Source of the DNA: Patescibacteria group bacterium
GTDB lineage: Bacteria; Patescibacteriota; Patescibacteriia; Buchananbacterales; UBA6539
DNA length: 64,000 bases
NCBI GenBank assembly: GCA_034003985.1
Contig: JAVEXP010000002.1
Span: 80,789-144,788, forward strand
Reading direction: 5' to 3'
The position numbers were made by a program, and so were the translations under genes. This document shows positions 36,870 to 45,922 of this stretch, in pieces; the stretch's first letter is position 1, and each line of letters begins with the position of its first letter. The notes beneath the pieces are model-generated. The model saw only the letters and a list, made by a program, of their open reading frames with translations, was not told the DNA's origin and did not search any database.

Positions 36870-37796
36870 ATGAATAATAAAATCAGGATTTTGATAATTG
36901 GCTTTGGATCAATCGGTAAGAGACATTATCGAAATTTATTTCAGGCCGGATATCAAGATATTGATTTTTATGATCCCAAGGTTATTAAATACGAAAATCG
37001 CATTAGTTTGCCGGAGGTCTCTAAAAAAATATTGGCAAACTATGGTGTCGTATTTATTTGTACGCCAGATAATCTTCACATTAAATATGCTTTGATGGCC
37101 GCTCAAGCTGGCTGTCATTTATTCATTGAAAAACCACTCTCGGACAGTTTAAAAAATGTTAAAAAACTCCGAAGTATTATTAAGCAAAAAAAGTTGATAT
37201 CGTTTGTAGCTTGTAATATGAGGTTTCATCCTTGCTTAATCAAGATGAAAGAGATGGTTAATCGCGGTAGCTTGGGAAAAATTTACAGCATTCGGAACGA
37301 ATTCGGCCACTATTTGCCAGCTTGGCGGCCTGGTGAGGATTATCAGTCTATCTATAAGAGCGGCATCATTTTAAATGACATGCATGAGTTTGATTTGCTT
37401 TTCTGGTTGAATAATTTTAAGTCGGTAAAATCAAAAACCAGAATATCTGGCAATGTCAGTAATTTGCGGGGAGTAGGTGAAGATCAGGCCGTTGTCAGTT
37501 TTGAATTTAATAATAAAGTTTTTGGAACGGTCCATTGTGATTATTTACAAAAGAAATATAGTCGATCTTGTAAAATTGTTGGCGAAAAGGGTAATTTAAA
37601 TTGGAATTTTGATGATAACATCGTTTGGCTGGAGAATGAAAAAGGCCGGAAGATGATGGCTCATTACAAGAGTTATAAAATTAATGAAAGCTATTTAAGA
37701 GAAATAAAGTATTTTATGGGTTGTGTTATTAATAACACCAAAACTTCCAATGATGTTATCAGGGCTACTGCAATATTAGAACATGTTTATGAATAA
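36870..37796 (+). CDS. Gfo/Idh/MocA-family NAD(P)-dependent oxidoreductase
   Basis: N-terminal Rossmann IRILIIGFGSIGKRH, ~308 aa, EKP motif (HLFIEKPLS). Confidence 0.6.
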   Translation: MNNKIRILIIGFGSIGKRHYRNLFQAGYQDIDFYDPKVIKYENRISLPEVSKKILANYGVVFICTPDNLHIKYALMAAQAGCHLFIEKPLSDSLKNVKKLRSIIKQKKLISFVACNMRFHPCLIKMKEMVNRGSLGKIYSIRNEFGHYLPAWRPGEDYQSIYKSGIILNDMHEFDLLFWLNNFKSVKSKTRISGNVSNLRGVGEDQAVVSFEFNNKVFGTVHCDYLQKKYSRSCKIVGEKGNLNWNFDDNIVWLENEKGRKMMAHYKSYKINESYLREIKYFMGCVINNTKTSNDVIRATAILEHVYE

Positions 37797-38535
37797 TCTT
37801 TGTATTATCCAAGCTCGAATGGGTTCCAGCCGTTTACCGGGCAAAATGTTGATGAGGTTGGGAGAATTTACGGTTATTGAATATCTCTTGAAGAGATTGG
37901 TTCGCAGTAAAAAAATTGATAAGATTGTTGTCGCAACCACTGATCAAAAAACCGATGACTCATTGGTTGACCTTCTTCAAAAGAATAAAGTTGAATTTTT
38001 TCGGGGTTCGGAAAATGATGTCCTTGATCGCTATTACCAATCTGCCTTGGGTTTTCCTGAATTTGATACGATTATTCGAATTACCGGCGATTGTCCATTA
38101 ATGGATCCTGAAATTGTTGATCAGGTGATAAGTTTTTTTGAAAATGGTGATTATGATTATGTTAATAATGTTGATCCCGAGCCCACATTTCCCGATGGCA
38201 TGGATGTTGAGGTATTTTCCAGAAATGCGCTTATTCAAGCGGCAGTAAACGCCACCAAAAAATCAGACCGCGAACATGTTACGCTTTATATTAGGAACAA
38301 TGAGTTATTTAAAAAAGGTTTTGTGTCTTCAGATATTGATTACTCGGGCTATCGTTTAACTCTTGATGAACCGCTTGATCTGGAAGTGATCAGGCATTTA
38401 GTTAATAATCTACCGCCAGACTCTAATTTTAAAGATTACCTTGAATTTTTAGACGCTAATCCGGAATACCAAAAAAACAATATTATCAGGCGCAATGAGG
38501 GTCTGGAAATATCATTAAAGAATGACCTAATCTAA
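37783..38535 (+). CDS. Second cytidylyltransferase of the CTP_transf_3 family (KdsB/SpsF-like)
   Basis: LCIIQARMGSSRLPGKMLMRLGEFTVIEY resembles the KdsB/SpsF N-terminal nucleotide-binding motif. Confidence 0.65.
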   Translation: MFMNNLCIIQARMGSSRLPGKMLMRLGEFTVIEYLLKRLVRSKKIDKIVVATTDQKTDDSLVDLLQKNKVEFFRGSENDVLDRYYQSALGFPEFDTIIRITGDCPLMDPEIVDQVISFFENGDYDYVNNVDPEPTFPDGMDVEVFSRNALIQAAVNATKKSDREHVTLYIRNNELFKKGFVSSDIDYSGYRLTLDEPLDLEVIRHLVNNLPPDSNFKDYLEFLDANPEYQKNNIIRRNEGLEISLKNDLI

Positions 38536-38544
38536 AATTAAAAT

Positions 38545-39834
38545 ATGAAAAATCGATATCAAAAAAGTAATCAGGCTTTTAAAAAGATTAATCGGTTGAT
38601 TCCGCTTGCTTCGCAGACCTTTAGTAAAAGCTATCTGCAATATGTTAAGGGTACGGCGCCATTATTTGTTAGTCGGGCTAAGGGTTGTCGTATTTGGGAT
38701 GTTGATGGAAATGAATATGTTGATATGATAAATTCTTTACTGGCTGTATCTTTGGGTTACAATCATCCATCGACTAATCGTGCCATTGCCAAACAGCTTA
38801 AGAAAGGAATCAGTTTTTCACTCGCTACTTTGTTGGAAGGCGAATTGGCTGAATTGTTGATTAAATATATACCAAGTGCGGAAATGGTAAGATTCGGCAA
38901 AAATGGTTCTGACGCTACTACCGGTGCTATCAGATTGGCCCGGGCAATCACTGGTCGGGAGGAAATCGCGGTTTGCGGTTTTCATGGTTGGCATGATTGG
39001 TATATTGGCAGTACTACCAGAAAACTCGGGGTGCCGAAGTCGACAGTTGAGTTAACTCATAAATTTGAATATAATAATCTCGAATCATTAGCTAAAATAT
39101 TCAAATCTCGCCGTAATAAAATTGCCGCGGTTATCATGGAGCCGATGAGTTATGAATGGCCAAAAGATAATTTCTTGGCCAAAGTTAAAAAATTAGCTCA
39201 TCAACACGGCGCGCTGTTGATATTTGATGAGGTTATAACCGGATTTCGTTTCGGTTTGGGCGGCGCTCAAAAATATTTTGAAGTTACGCCAGATCTTTCT
39301 TGTTTTGGCAAGTCAATGGCTAATGGCATGCCAATTTCCGCTTTGGTTGGAAAAAGACAATATATGAAAAGAGTCGAAGATATTTTTTATTCATTCACTT
39401 TCGGTGGTGAGAGTCTTTCACTGGCAGTTGCTATTGCCACCATCCAAGAGATGAAAAATAATAATTTTTCTAAAGTAATTGATCAAACCGGTAAATATCT
39501 AAAAATCGGCACTGAAAGAATAATTAAGAAACATGGCTTAATGGAAGTGGTTGAATTGAAAGGCGCTAATCACTGGCAGATTTTCTTTTTCCATGACCAC
39601 CGCGCTGCCAAAGCAATGGAAATAAAATCTTATGTCCAGGAAGAGTTGTTAGCCAGGGGAGTTTTATGGTATGGTCAGCATAACATCAGTTTTAGCCACC
39701 GACAAAAAGATTTAGATTTTGTTCTTAGTCATTATAATCAAGTATTTGAATTATTGAGCAATCAGTTGGCCAAAGGAGTTTTGTCCAAGGGTATTAAAAG
39801 TCGGATGATAACCGATATTTTTAAAGTTAGGTAA
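38545..39834 (+). CDS. Class III PLP aminotransferase (glutamate-1-semialdehyde aminomutase-like)
   Basis: DEVITGFRFGLGGAQKYFEVTPDLSCFGKSMANGMPISAL (PLP-Lys in FGK); 429 aa. Confidence 0.75.
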   Translation: MKNRYQKSNQAFKKINRLIPLASQTFSKSYLQYVKGTAPLFVSRAKGCRIWDVDGNEYVDMINSLLAVSLGYNHPSTNRAIAKQLKKGISFSLATLLEGELAELLIKYIPSAEMVRFGKNGSDATTGAIRLARAITGREEIAVCGFHGWHDWYIGSTTRKLGVPKSTVELTHKFEYNNLESLAKIFKSRRNKIAAVIMEPMSYEWPKDNFLAKVKKLAHQHGALLIFDEVITGFRFGLGGAQKYFEVTPDLSCFGKSMANGMPISALVGKRQYMKRVEDIFYSFTFGGESLSLAVAIATIQEMKNNNFSKVIDQTGKYLKIGTERIIKKHGLMEVVELKGANHWQIFFFHDHRAAKAMEIKSYVQEELLARGVLWYGQHNISFSHRQKDLDFVLSHYNQVFELLSNQLAKGVLSKGIKSRMITDIFKVR

Positions 39835-39836
39835 TC

Positions 39837-40487
39837 ATGTTGGATTTTATACCAATTAGAGCCGTTGCCGTTTTAGCCGGTGGAATTATTAAAGATAAAA
39901 ACGGCAAGTGGCATACCACTAATTTTGGTGAGCCAGGTGATCACGCCGGTGTAACCGGCGATCGCCTGAGAGTTGAAGCTGCCACTTATCTTTACTTTGA
40001 TGATCCGGAATTATTAATTATTGCTTCGGCCGGGAAGGGCCATCTGCAAAATGTTGCTGATGCGCCGATGTTGGCCGAAATTATTGCCGAAGAATTGATA
40101 GAAAATGGTGTAGCGTCTGATCATATTTTTAAAGAAGTGACTTCCAATAGTACCTATGAACAATTATTGGAAATTCAGCGGCTGTCGGCACAAAAAAATA
40201 TTAAAGAACTTGGAATAGTTTCTAATGAGTATCATTTGCCTCGCATTAAAGCGATGATTGATAATTTCAATCAGCTGGCTGATTTGAGAAATGATAGTGT
40301 TAAATTGATTTCCGCCGAAAAAGTTTTAATTGATCATGATCCAGACAAGTGGTCCAACCTGATTAGTCAAGCTTATAATAGTTCCGAAATGGTTGAACGG
40401 CTTGCCAAAGAAGAACAGGGGATTGCCGATATTGAAGTCGGCAAATATGAGTTTAGAGATTTAAACGACAGTAATAAAGTTATATGA
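39837..40487 (+). CDS. Hypothetical protein, DUF218/YdcF-like fold suspected
   Basis: AVAVLAGGIIKDKNGKW Rossmann-like start; in-operon. Confidence 0.45.
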   Translation: MLDFIPIRAVAVLAGGIIKDKNGKWHTTNFGEPGDHAGVTGDRLRVEAATYLYFDDPELLIIASAGKGHLQNVADAPMLAEIIAEELIENGVASDHIFKEVTSNSTYEQLLEIQRLSAQKNIKELGIVSNEYHLPRIKAMIDNFNQLADLRNDSVKLISAEKVLIDHDPDKWSNLISQAYNSSEMVERLAKEEQGIADIEVGKYEFRDLNDSNKVI

Positions 40488-41545
40488 TAAATAATTTAAT
40501 CATTCAATCCGCCAACAGTGAAATAAAAATTGGTCCTGGTAATCCAGTTTTTATTGTCGCGGAAATTTCAGCCAATCATAATCAGTCAATTGATTTGGCC
40601 AAAGGATTGATTGACGCGGCCGCTCAAGCCGGTGCTAATGCGGTGAAAATGCAGACTTATACTGCCGATACTATTACCATTGATTCGGACAAAGAATATT
40701 TTAAAATTACTGGCGGCAACTGGGCCGGTGAAACTTTGTACAGTCTTTATCAAAAAGCCTATACGCCGTGGGAGTGGCAGGCTGAATTAAAGACCTATGC
40801 CGAGGGCAAGGACCTGGTTTGGTTTTCCGCGCCTTTTGATCAAACCGCTGTTTCTTTTTTGGAAGGCTTGGGAGTTAGTCTTTATAAAATCGCCGGCTAT
40901 GAGTTTGCTGATTTGCCGTTATTGCAGGCGGTAGCCAAGACCGGCAAACCGGTGGTTGCATCAGCGGCCATGGCTTCAGTTGAAGACATCGCCTGGTCAA
41001 TTAAAATTTTGCGGGATAATGGCTGCAGCCACTTGGCTATTTTGCATTGTATTAATGCTTATCCGGCCAACCCCGAAGAAATGAATATCTCGACGATTAC
41101 TGATATTATCAATAGATTTGGAGTAGTGTCTGGTCTATCCGATCATTCATTAGGTGCCGAAGCGGCGGTGGCTGCAGTAGCCGCCGGCGCGTCAATTATT
41201 GAGAAACATATTATTATTTCCCGACAGTCAGACAGTCCGGATAAAGAATTTTCTTTGGAACCGGACGAATTTAAATCTTTGGTTAATGCTGTCAGAGAAA
41301 CAGAAAAAATTATTGGCCGGCCAAAGTATGGTGCTGGCCTCAGTGAACAGCCTAATGAGAAGTTTAAGCGATCCCTGTTTGTTGTTAAGGATATCAAGCG
41401 CGGTGAAACTTTTACTGAAGAAAATGTCCGTTCAATTCGTCCCGGCTATGGTTTGCCACCAAAATTTTTGCCGAAAATTATGGGTAAAAAAGCGGTTCAG
41501 GACATTGAACGAGGAACGCCTTTGAGTAACGACCTAATTGATTAA
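40484..41545 (+). CDS. pseI: Pseudaminic acid synthase (NeuB family with C-terminal SAF domain)
   Basis: VFIVAEISANHNQSIDLAKGLIDAAAQAGANAVKMQTY NeuB-type TIM-barrel start; C-terminal SAF (antifreeze-like) domain. Confidence 0.8.
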   Translation: MINNLIIQSANSEIKIGPGNPVFIVAEISANHNQSIDLAKGLIDAAAQAGANAVKMQTYTADTITIDSDKEYFKITGGNWAGETLYSLYQKAYTPWEWQAELKTYAEGKDLVWFSAPFDQTAVSFLEGLGVSLYKIAGYEFADLPLLQAVAKTGKPVVASAAMASVEDIAWSIKILRDNGCSHLAILHCINAYPANPEEMNISTITDIINRFGVVSGLSDHSLGAEAAVAAVAAGASIIEKHIIISRQSDSPDKEFSLEPDEFKSLVNAVRETEKIIGRPKYGAGLSEQPNEKFKRSLFVVKDIKRGETFTEENVRSIRPGYGLPPKFLPKIMGKKAVQDIERGTPLSNDLID

Positions 41546-42011
41546 TATTTTAGATATGACTGAAAATTATTTAGTCCGCCCGGTTGAGACCGATGACATT
41601 AAGCGAATTTGGGAAATTAGAAATCACGAAGATGTCAGAAAAGTTTCGGGCAGTTCGGACATTATCACTTTGGAAAATCATCTTAGTTGGTTTAACAAGA
41701 AATATTTTACCACTCGGCAAAATCTTTGTTATGTTTTAGCAAATAACAATCAGATTATTGGCTATTGTCGGTTTGATTACGATCCTGATAAAAATTATTA
41801 TGTTGTTTCGATTGCTGTTGATCCGGAATTTCATAGTCGGGGATTGGGTGGTATCTTGTTGGCTCAAAGCCTTAAAGAATTTGGTGGTCGCGGAGCTGTT
41901 TTGGCTCAAATCAAGAAACTTAATATTCCTTCAATTAAATTGTTTGAGAAAAATGGCTTTGTTTTGGATCATCAAGATCAAGAAAATTGGTATTTAATTT
42001 ATAATAATTAG
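41538..42011 (+). CDS. pseH: GNAT N-acetyltransferase, PseH-like
   Basis: 157 aa; acetyl-CoA motif region RGLGGILLAQSLKEFG; directly follows pseI. Confidence 0.6.
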   Translation: MINILDMTENYLVRPVETDDIKRIWEIRNHEDVRKVSGSSDIITLENHLSWFNKKYFTTRQNLCYVLANNNQIIGYCRFDYDPDKNYYVVSIAVDPEFHSRGLGGILLAQSLKEFGGRGAVLAQIKKLNIPSIKLFEKNGFVLDHQDQENWYLIYNN

Positions 42012-42012
42012 T

Positions 42013-43830
42013 TTGATTATGCAGGCATTAATTTTAGCCGCCGGCCAAGGCAACCGTTTAAAACCAATGACTGACAAAATCCCTAAGGGATTAGTTCAGG
42101 TAAACGGCATCCCAATTCTTGAAAATGATTTAAATATTCTATCAAAGAAAGGCATTGCCAAAACTTTTATTGTTGTTGGTTATCTTCAGGATGAAATTAA
42201 AAATCATTTTGGTTATGACTGGAACGGGATGAAAATTGAATATCTTGAAAATAAAATTTTTGATCAAACTAACAACATTTATTCTTTATGGTTGGCTAAA
42301 GATGTGTTGCATGATGATACTATCTTGATGGAATGCGACATTTTTTTTGAGGAAAAATTAATTGATATATTGATTTCTGAAAAACTTGAAGACCGGGTCG
42401 TGGTTGATCGATTCGAACCTTTTATGGATGGAACGGTAGTGACCATTAATGATCACAGCGAGATAACAAAATTGATAACTTCCGATGATCAAGGAGAAAA
42501 TTTTGATTTTTCCAATACTTACAAAACCGTCAACATCTATCTGTTTACTAAAGATTTTTTGGAAAAGTTTTTCGTTCCTAACCTTGATCTTTATGTCAGC
42601 ACCCAAGGTAAGAATAAATATTATGAATTAATCCTTTCAATATTCATCAATTTCCGTAACCCGGTTTTAAAAGCCGCTGTTATTTCTGGTGTTAAATGGA
42701 TGGAAGTAGATGATTTTAGTGATCTGCGCCGGGCGGAAATGATGTTTGCTAATCCCCAAACCAGACTGGACGCCGCCCTTAATACTCACGGTGGTTTTTG
42801 GCGTTATGATTTTATGGATTTTTCCTATCTTTATAATTGGTATTTTCCGCCCTTGTCGTTAATTAACGAAATCCGAGTAAATTTACCAAGTTTATTGGCC
42901 ATTTATCCATCGTCTCAAAATTCAGTTAGTCGGATCCTTTCCAATTGGTTGGGGATTGAAGATAAGTATTTAGCGACCGCCAATGGTTCATCCGAGATAA
43001 TAAATTATGTTACCAGGACTTTGGTTAAAAAAATGTTGATCCCGGTACCGACTTTTAATGAATATGAGAGACTGTTGACGGCCGAGCAGATAGTTAAGTT
43101 TGATACTTCTAAAAATAATTTTGATCTTGATGAACAGGAGGTTGTAGATTTGGCCAGGCGGGAAGGCTGTAATTCAATTGTTTTAGTTAATCCGAATAAT
43201 CCGACCGGTAAATTTATGCCCTTGGCTGAAATAAAAAGTTTGGTTAAAAAATTGAATTTTCTCGACTTAATAATCGTTGATGAATCTTTTATTGACTACA
43301 CTTCATTAGACAAAAGCCAAAGCATGCACTCGGTTTTCGGCGAATTTTCCAATTTATTGATTGTTAAGAGCATGGGTAAGGATTTGGGTTTATTAGGTTT
43401 GCGCTTAGGTTATGCTTTGTCGGCCAATATCGATTTGATTAATGAAATTAGAATTAATTTGCCAATTTGGAATGTCAACTCTATTGCTGAGTATACTTTA
43501 GAATCCTTAACTAAATATCGAAAGGAGTTTGTCAAATCAATTGCATTAATGAATGATGATCGTCAGTATTTGATGAACCAGCTGCAAAATGTGGGCGGAC
43601 TTGAACCAATCGAATCGTACACCAATTTTATCACCTGTCGGATTAAAGGGAATGTCTCCAGTACCGAGCTGCGCGATCAATTATTTCTAAAACATAATAT
43701 TTTTATCAAGGATTGTAGTAATAAAAGTGGTATGGCCGACCAGAAGTATGTTCGGTTTGGCGTTAGGAAGAAAGCCGATGTTGATTTGTTAATCAAAGCG
43801 CTTAAAAAAGAATTATCAGATGGAAAATAA
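42013..43830 (+). CDS. Bifunctional protein: N-terminal sugar/alcohol-phosphate nucleotidyltransferase (LicC/GlmU-N-like) fused to a C-terminal class I/II PLP enzyme (HisC/CobD-like decarboxylase/aminotransferase)
   Basis: N-terminus MQALILAAGQGNRLKPMTDKIPKGLVQVNGIPILE (G-x-G-x-R-L NTP-transferase motif); C-terminal ~350 aa with aminotransferase class I/II features (NPNNPTGKFM, SMGKDLGLLGLRLGY with the Lys expected to bind PLP). Confidence 0.7.
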   Translation: MIMQALILAAGQGNRLKPMTDKIPKGLVQVNGIPILENDLNILSKKGIAKTFIVVGYLQDEIKNHFGYDWNGMKIEYLENKIFDQTNNIYSLWLAKDVLHDDTILMECDIFFEEKLIDILISEKLEDRVVVDRFEPFMDGTVVTINDHSEITKLITSDDQGENFDFSNTYKTVNIYLFTKDFLEKFFVPNLDLYVSTQGKNKYYELILSIFINFRNPVLKAAVISGVKWMEVDDFSDLRRAEMMFANPQTRLDAALNTHGGFWRYDFMDFSYLYNWYFPPLSLINEIRVNLPSLLAIYPSSQNSVSRILSNWLGIEDKYLATANGSSEIINYVTRTLVKKMLIPVPTFNEYERLLTAEQIVKFDTSKNNFDLDEQEVVDLARREGCNSIVLVNPNNPTGKFMPLAEIKSLVKKLNFLDLIIVDESFIDYTSLDKSQSMHSVFGEFSNLLIVKSMGKDLGLLGLRLGYALSANIDLINEIRINLPIWNVNSIAEYTLESLTKYRKEFVKSIALMNDDRQYLMNQLQNVGGLEPIESYTNFITCRIKGNVSSTELRDQLFLKHNIFIKDCSNKSGMADQKYVRFGVRKKADVDLLIKALKKELSDGK

Positions 43831-44533
43831 TTGGCATAAAATTTGGGAGAAAAAGGGGAGTGTGGCTAAGACTGGACAGCCTAGTCTTGCCGATTTAATC
43901 GGTTATGATGGCTTTGATTCTAAGATTGGGCGGATTACTGAAGCCGAATGGCGAAAATATGTTTCGCAAACTATTGCTAAATTGAGGATTAGCAAAAATG
44001 ATAAAATTTTAGAAATTGGTTGTGGTGCCGGAGCATTTTTGTTGCCTTTATATGAGCAGGGTTATAATGTTGCTGGCTTGGATTACTCTCAGTCGTTATT
44101 GGACGCTGCCAAAAAAGTGCTCGTTGGGGCCAATTTGGTCTGTGGTCAAGCCAATAATTTGCCGTTTAAAAATGGTGAATTTGATGTGGTCATCAGTAAT
44201 AGCATTTTTCATTATCTACCAAGCATTGATTATGCCGCCAAGGTGCTTAATGAAATGTTTCGAGTTTTGAATCAATCTGGTCGAGCGGCAGTTTTGGATA
44301 TTAATGATCAGGCTAAACAAGATTTTGCCGAAGATTTAAGAAGAAAAGAAATTGGCAATAAAGAATATGAAGAAAAATATAAGGGGTTGGGTCAATTGTA
44401 TTATCCTAAGTCTTTTTTTGAAAACTTCGCTGAAGAGCATGATATTAAATTTGTTATTGAACCGCAAGTCATTGATGGCTATCAGAATTCTTTGTGGCGT
44501 TACAATTTTTATTTTTATAAATCATCATTATGA
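43820..44533 (+). CDS. Class I SAM-dependent methyltransferase
   Basis: Motif I ILEIGCGAGAFLL, motif post-I LDYS, motif II FDVVISNSIFHYL. Confidence 0.7.
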   Translation: MENNWHKIWEKKGSVAKTGQPSLADLIGYDGFDSKIGRITEAEWRKYVSQTIAKLRISKNDKILEIGCGAGAFLLPLYEQGYNVAGLDYSQSLLDAAKKVLVGANLVCGQANNLPFKNGEFDVVISNSIFHYLPSIDYAAKVLNEMFRVLNQSGRAAVLDINDQAKQDFAEDLRRKEIGNKEYEEKYKGLGQLYYPKSFFENFAEEHDIKFVIEPQVIDGYQNSLWRYNFYFYKSSL

Positions 44534-45222
44534 ATTTTAGGCTAAAAATCGTTCCGGTAAAAAATTTGGTGCTCCATGAAGATGCCGACCAAGCGCGTAT
44601 TGCGCGCTATATCAAGCTTTTTAAAGTTAGCGGCAAATTAATTGATCCGCCGGTTGTTAGTCCCTTGGCAGGTGGCAAGTTTTTAGTTTTGGATGGCGCT
44701 AATCGAACTTCAGTTTTTAAGGCGTTGGGTATTCCTCATATTGCCGTGCAGGTTGTAGACTATTTTTCTAACGAGGTTAATCTCAGTTCTTGGAATCATC
44801 TGATTTGCCATCAGGATTTTGTTTGTCAAAATAAAAAGAAAATTATTTTTAAAAAGAACCAGCTGGCTGAAATGTCGCAATTTGTTAAACAATACAATGG
44901 CAAATATCAAATTAATCGTCTTGACTATGACAATTCGGTTCGAATCAAAAAGGAATATGGTTCAAACTGCTGTTTGATTGTTTTCCCTAAGTTTACCAAA
45001 TCAGACATTTTTAAATTTGCTAAAACCAATCAGCATATTCCTTCTGGTATTACTCGGCATCTAGTTAATGGCCGAGTGCTTAATTTAAATCTTAATCTTA
45101 GTTTTTTAAAAAGCAAAACCAGTTTGGCTGGCAAGCAAAAGAAATTAGATGAGTTGATTAAACGCAAATTAAATAAACATAATATTAGGCATTATGTCGA
45201 ATCGGTTAATATCATTTATTGA
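44530..45222 (+). CDS. ParB/sulfiredoxin-like domain protein, unknown role
   Basis: KFLVLDGANRTSVFKALGIPHIAVQV resembles the ParB N-terminal domain/Srx fold (hDGhHR-like); 230 aa. Confidence 0.45.
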   Translation: MNFRLKIVPVKNLVLHEDADQARIARYIKLFKVSGKLIDPPVVSPLAGGKFLVLDGANRTSVFKALGIPHIAVQVVDYFSNEVNLSSWNHLICHQDFVCQNKKKIIFKKNQLAEMSQFVKQYNGKYQINRLDYDNSVRIKKEYGSNCCLIVFPKFTKSDIFKFAKTNQHIPSGITRHLVNGRVLNLNLNLSFLKSKTSLAGKQKKLDELIKRKLNKHNIRHYVESVNIIY

Positions 45223-45922
45223 GGAAAATATCATTAAATATTTGCTTTCATTATTAAGGATGATTTGGCATTTAATTAAAAAAATTAAACCTTATAAAAC
45301 GGTTTATTTTAACGATTTTAATGCCACGATGGCGATGCCCCTTGATGCTATCCAGGTGATGAAGAGTTGCACTGAGGCTTTAAATCAAGCGGGGATTAAT
45401 TATCATTTGAGTTGGGGCACTGCCTTGGGCCTTTATCGTGATGGTAAATTGATTGGCCATGACACTGATATTGATTGTGACATTATGAATCCCGACATTA
45501 ATCAGATTGATCAGGCTTTAAAGCAGGCTGGGATGGTTATTGGTAAAAAAATTTATTACGGTAAAAAAGTCCAGCAAGCAATTTATGTTTCCTCCGGCGG
45601 AGTGGTCTTTGATGTTTTGTGTTGGTATCGTCGCGGGCAATTTTGTTTTAATCGATGCGAAGAAGATTATATTTTGAGGATTTCTCGCAACTATTTTATT
45701 GGCCATGACACGGTAGTTTATGATGGTGTTAATTATAATGTTCCTAAGCCGATTGAAAAATATCTTGAGTTGTTGTATGGTTCAACTTGGAAAATACCCC
45801 AATCGGCCAAAGGTGACTGGAAAGAGGGCTGTCCAATTGTTTCTAAAAAGTTATCACCATTGAAAAAAATATATTCTAAATTATTGCCGTATTATTATAA
45901 ATATTTGAAAAAAAATGGATAA
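45194..45922 (+). CDS. LicD-family phosphotransferase (phosphocholine/phospho-alcohol transferase family)
   Basis: INYHLSWGTALGLYRDGKLIGHDTDIDCDIM matches the LicD core (GT(A/L)LG...R......D.D.D). Confidence 0.7.
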   Translation: MSNRLISFIEENIIKYLLSLLRMIWHLIKKIKPYKTVYFNDFNATMAMPLDAIQVMKSCTEALNQAGINYHLSWGTALGLYRDGKLIGHDTDIDCDIMNPDINQIDQALKQAGMVIGKKIYYGKKVQQAIYVSSGGVVFDVLCWYRRGQFCFNRCEEDYILRISRNYFIGHDTVVYDGVNYNVPKPIEKYLELLYGSTWKIPQSAKGDWKEGCPIVSKKLSPLKKIYSKLLPYYYKYLKKNG

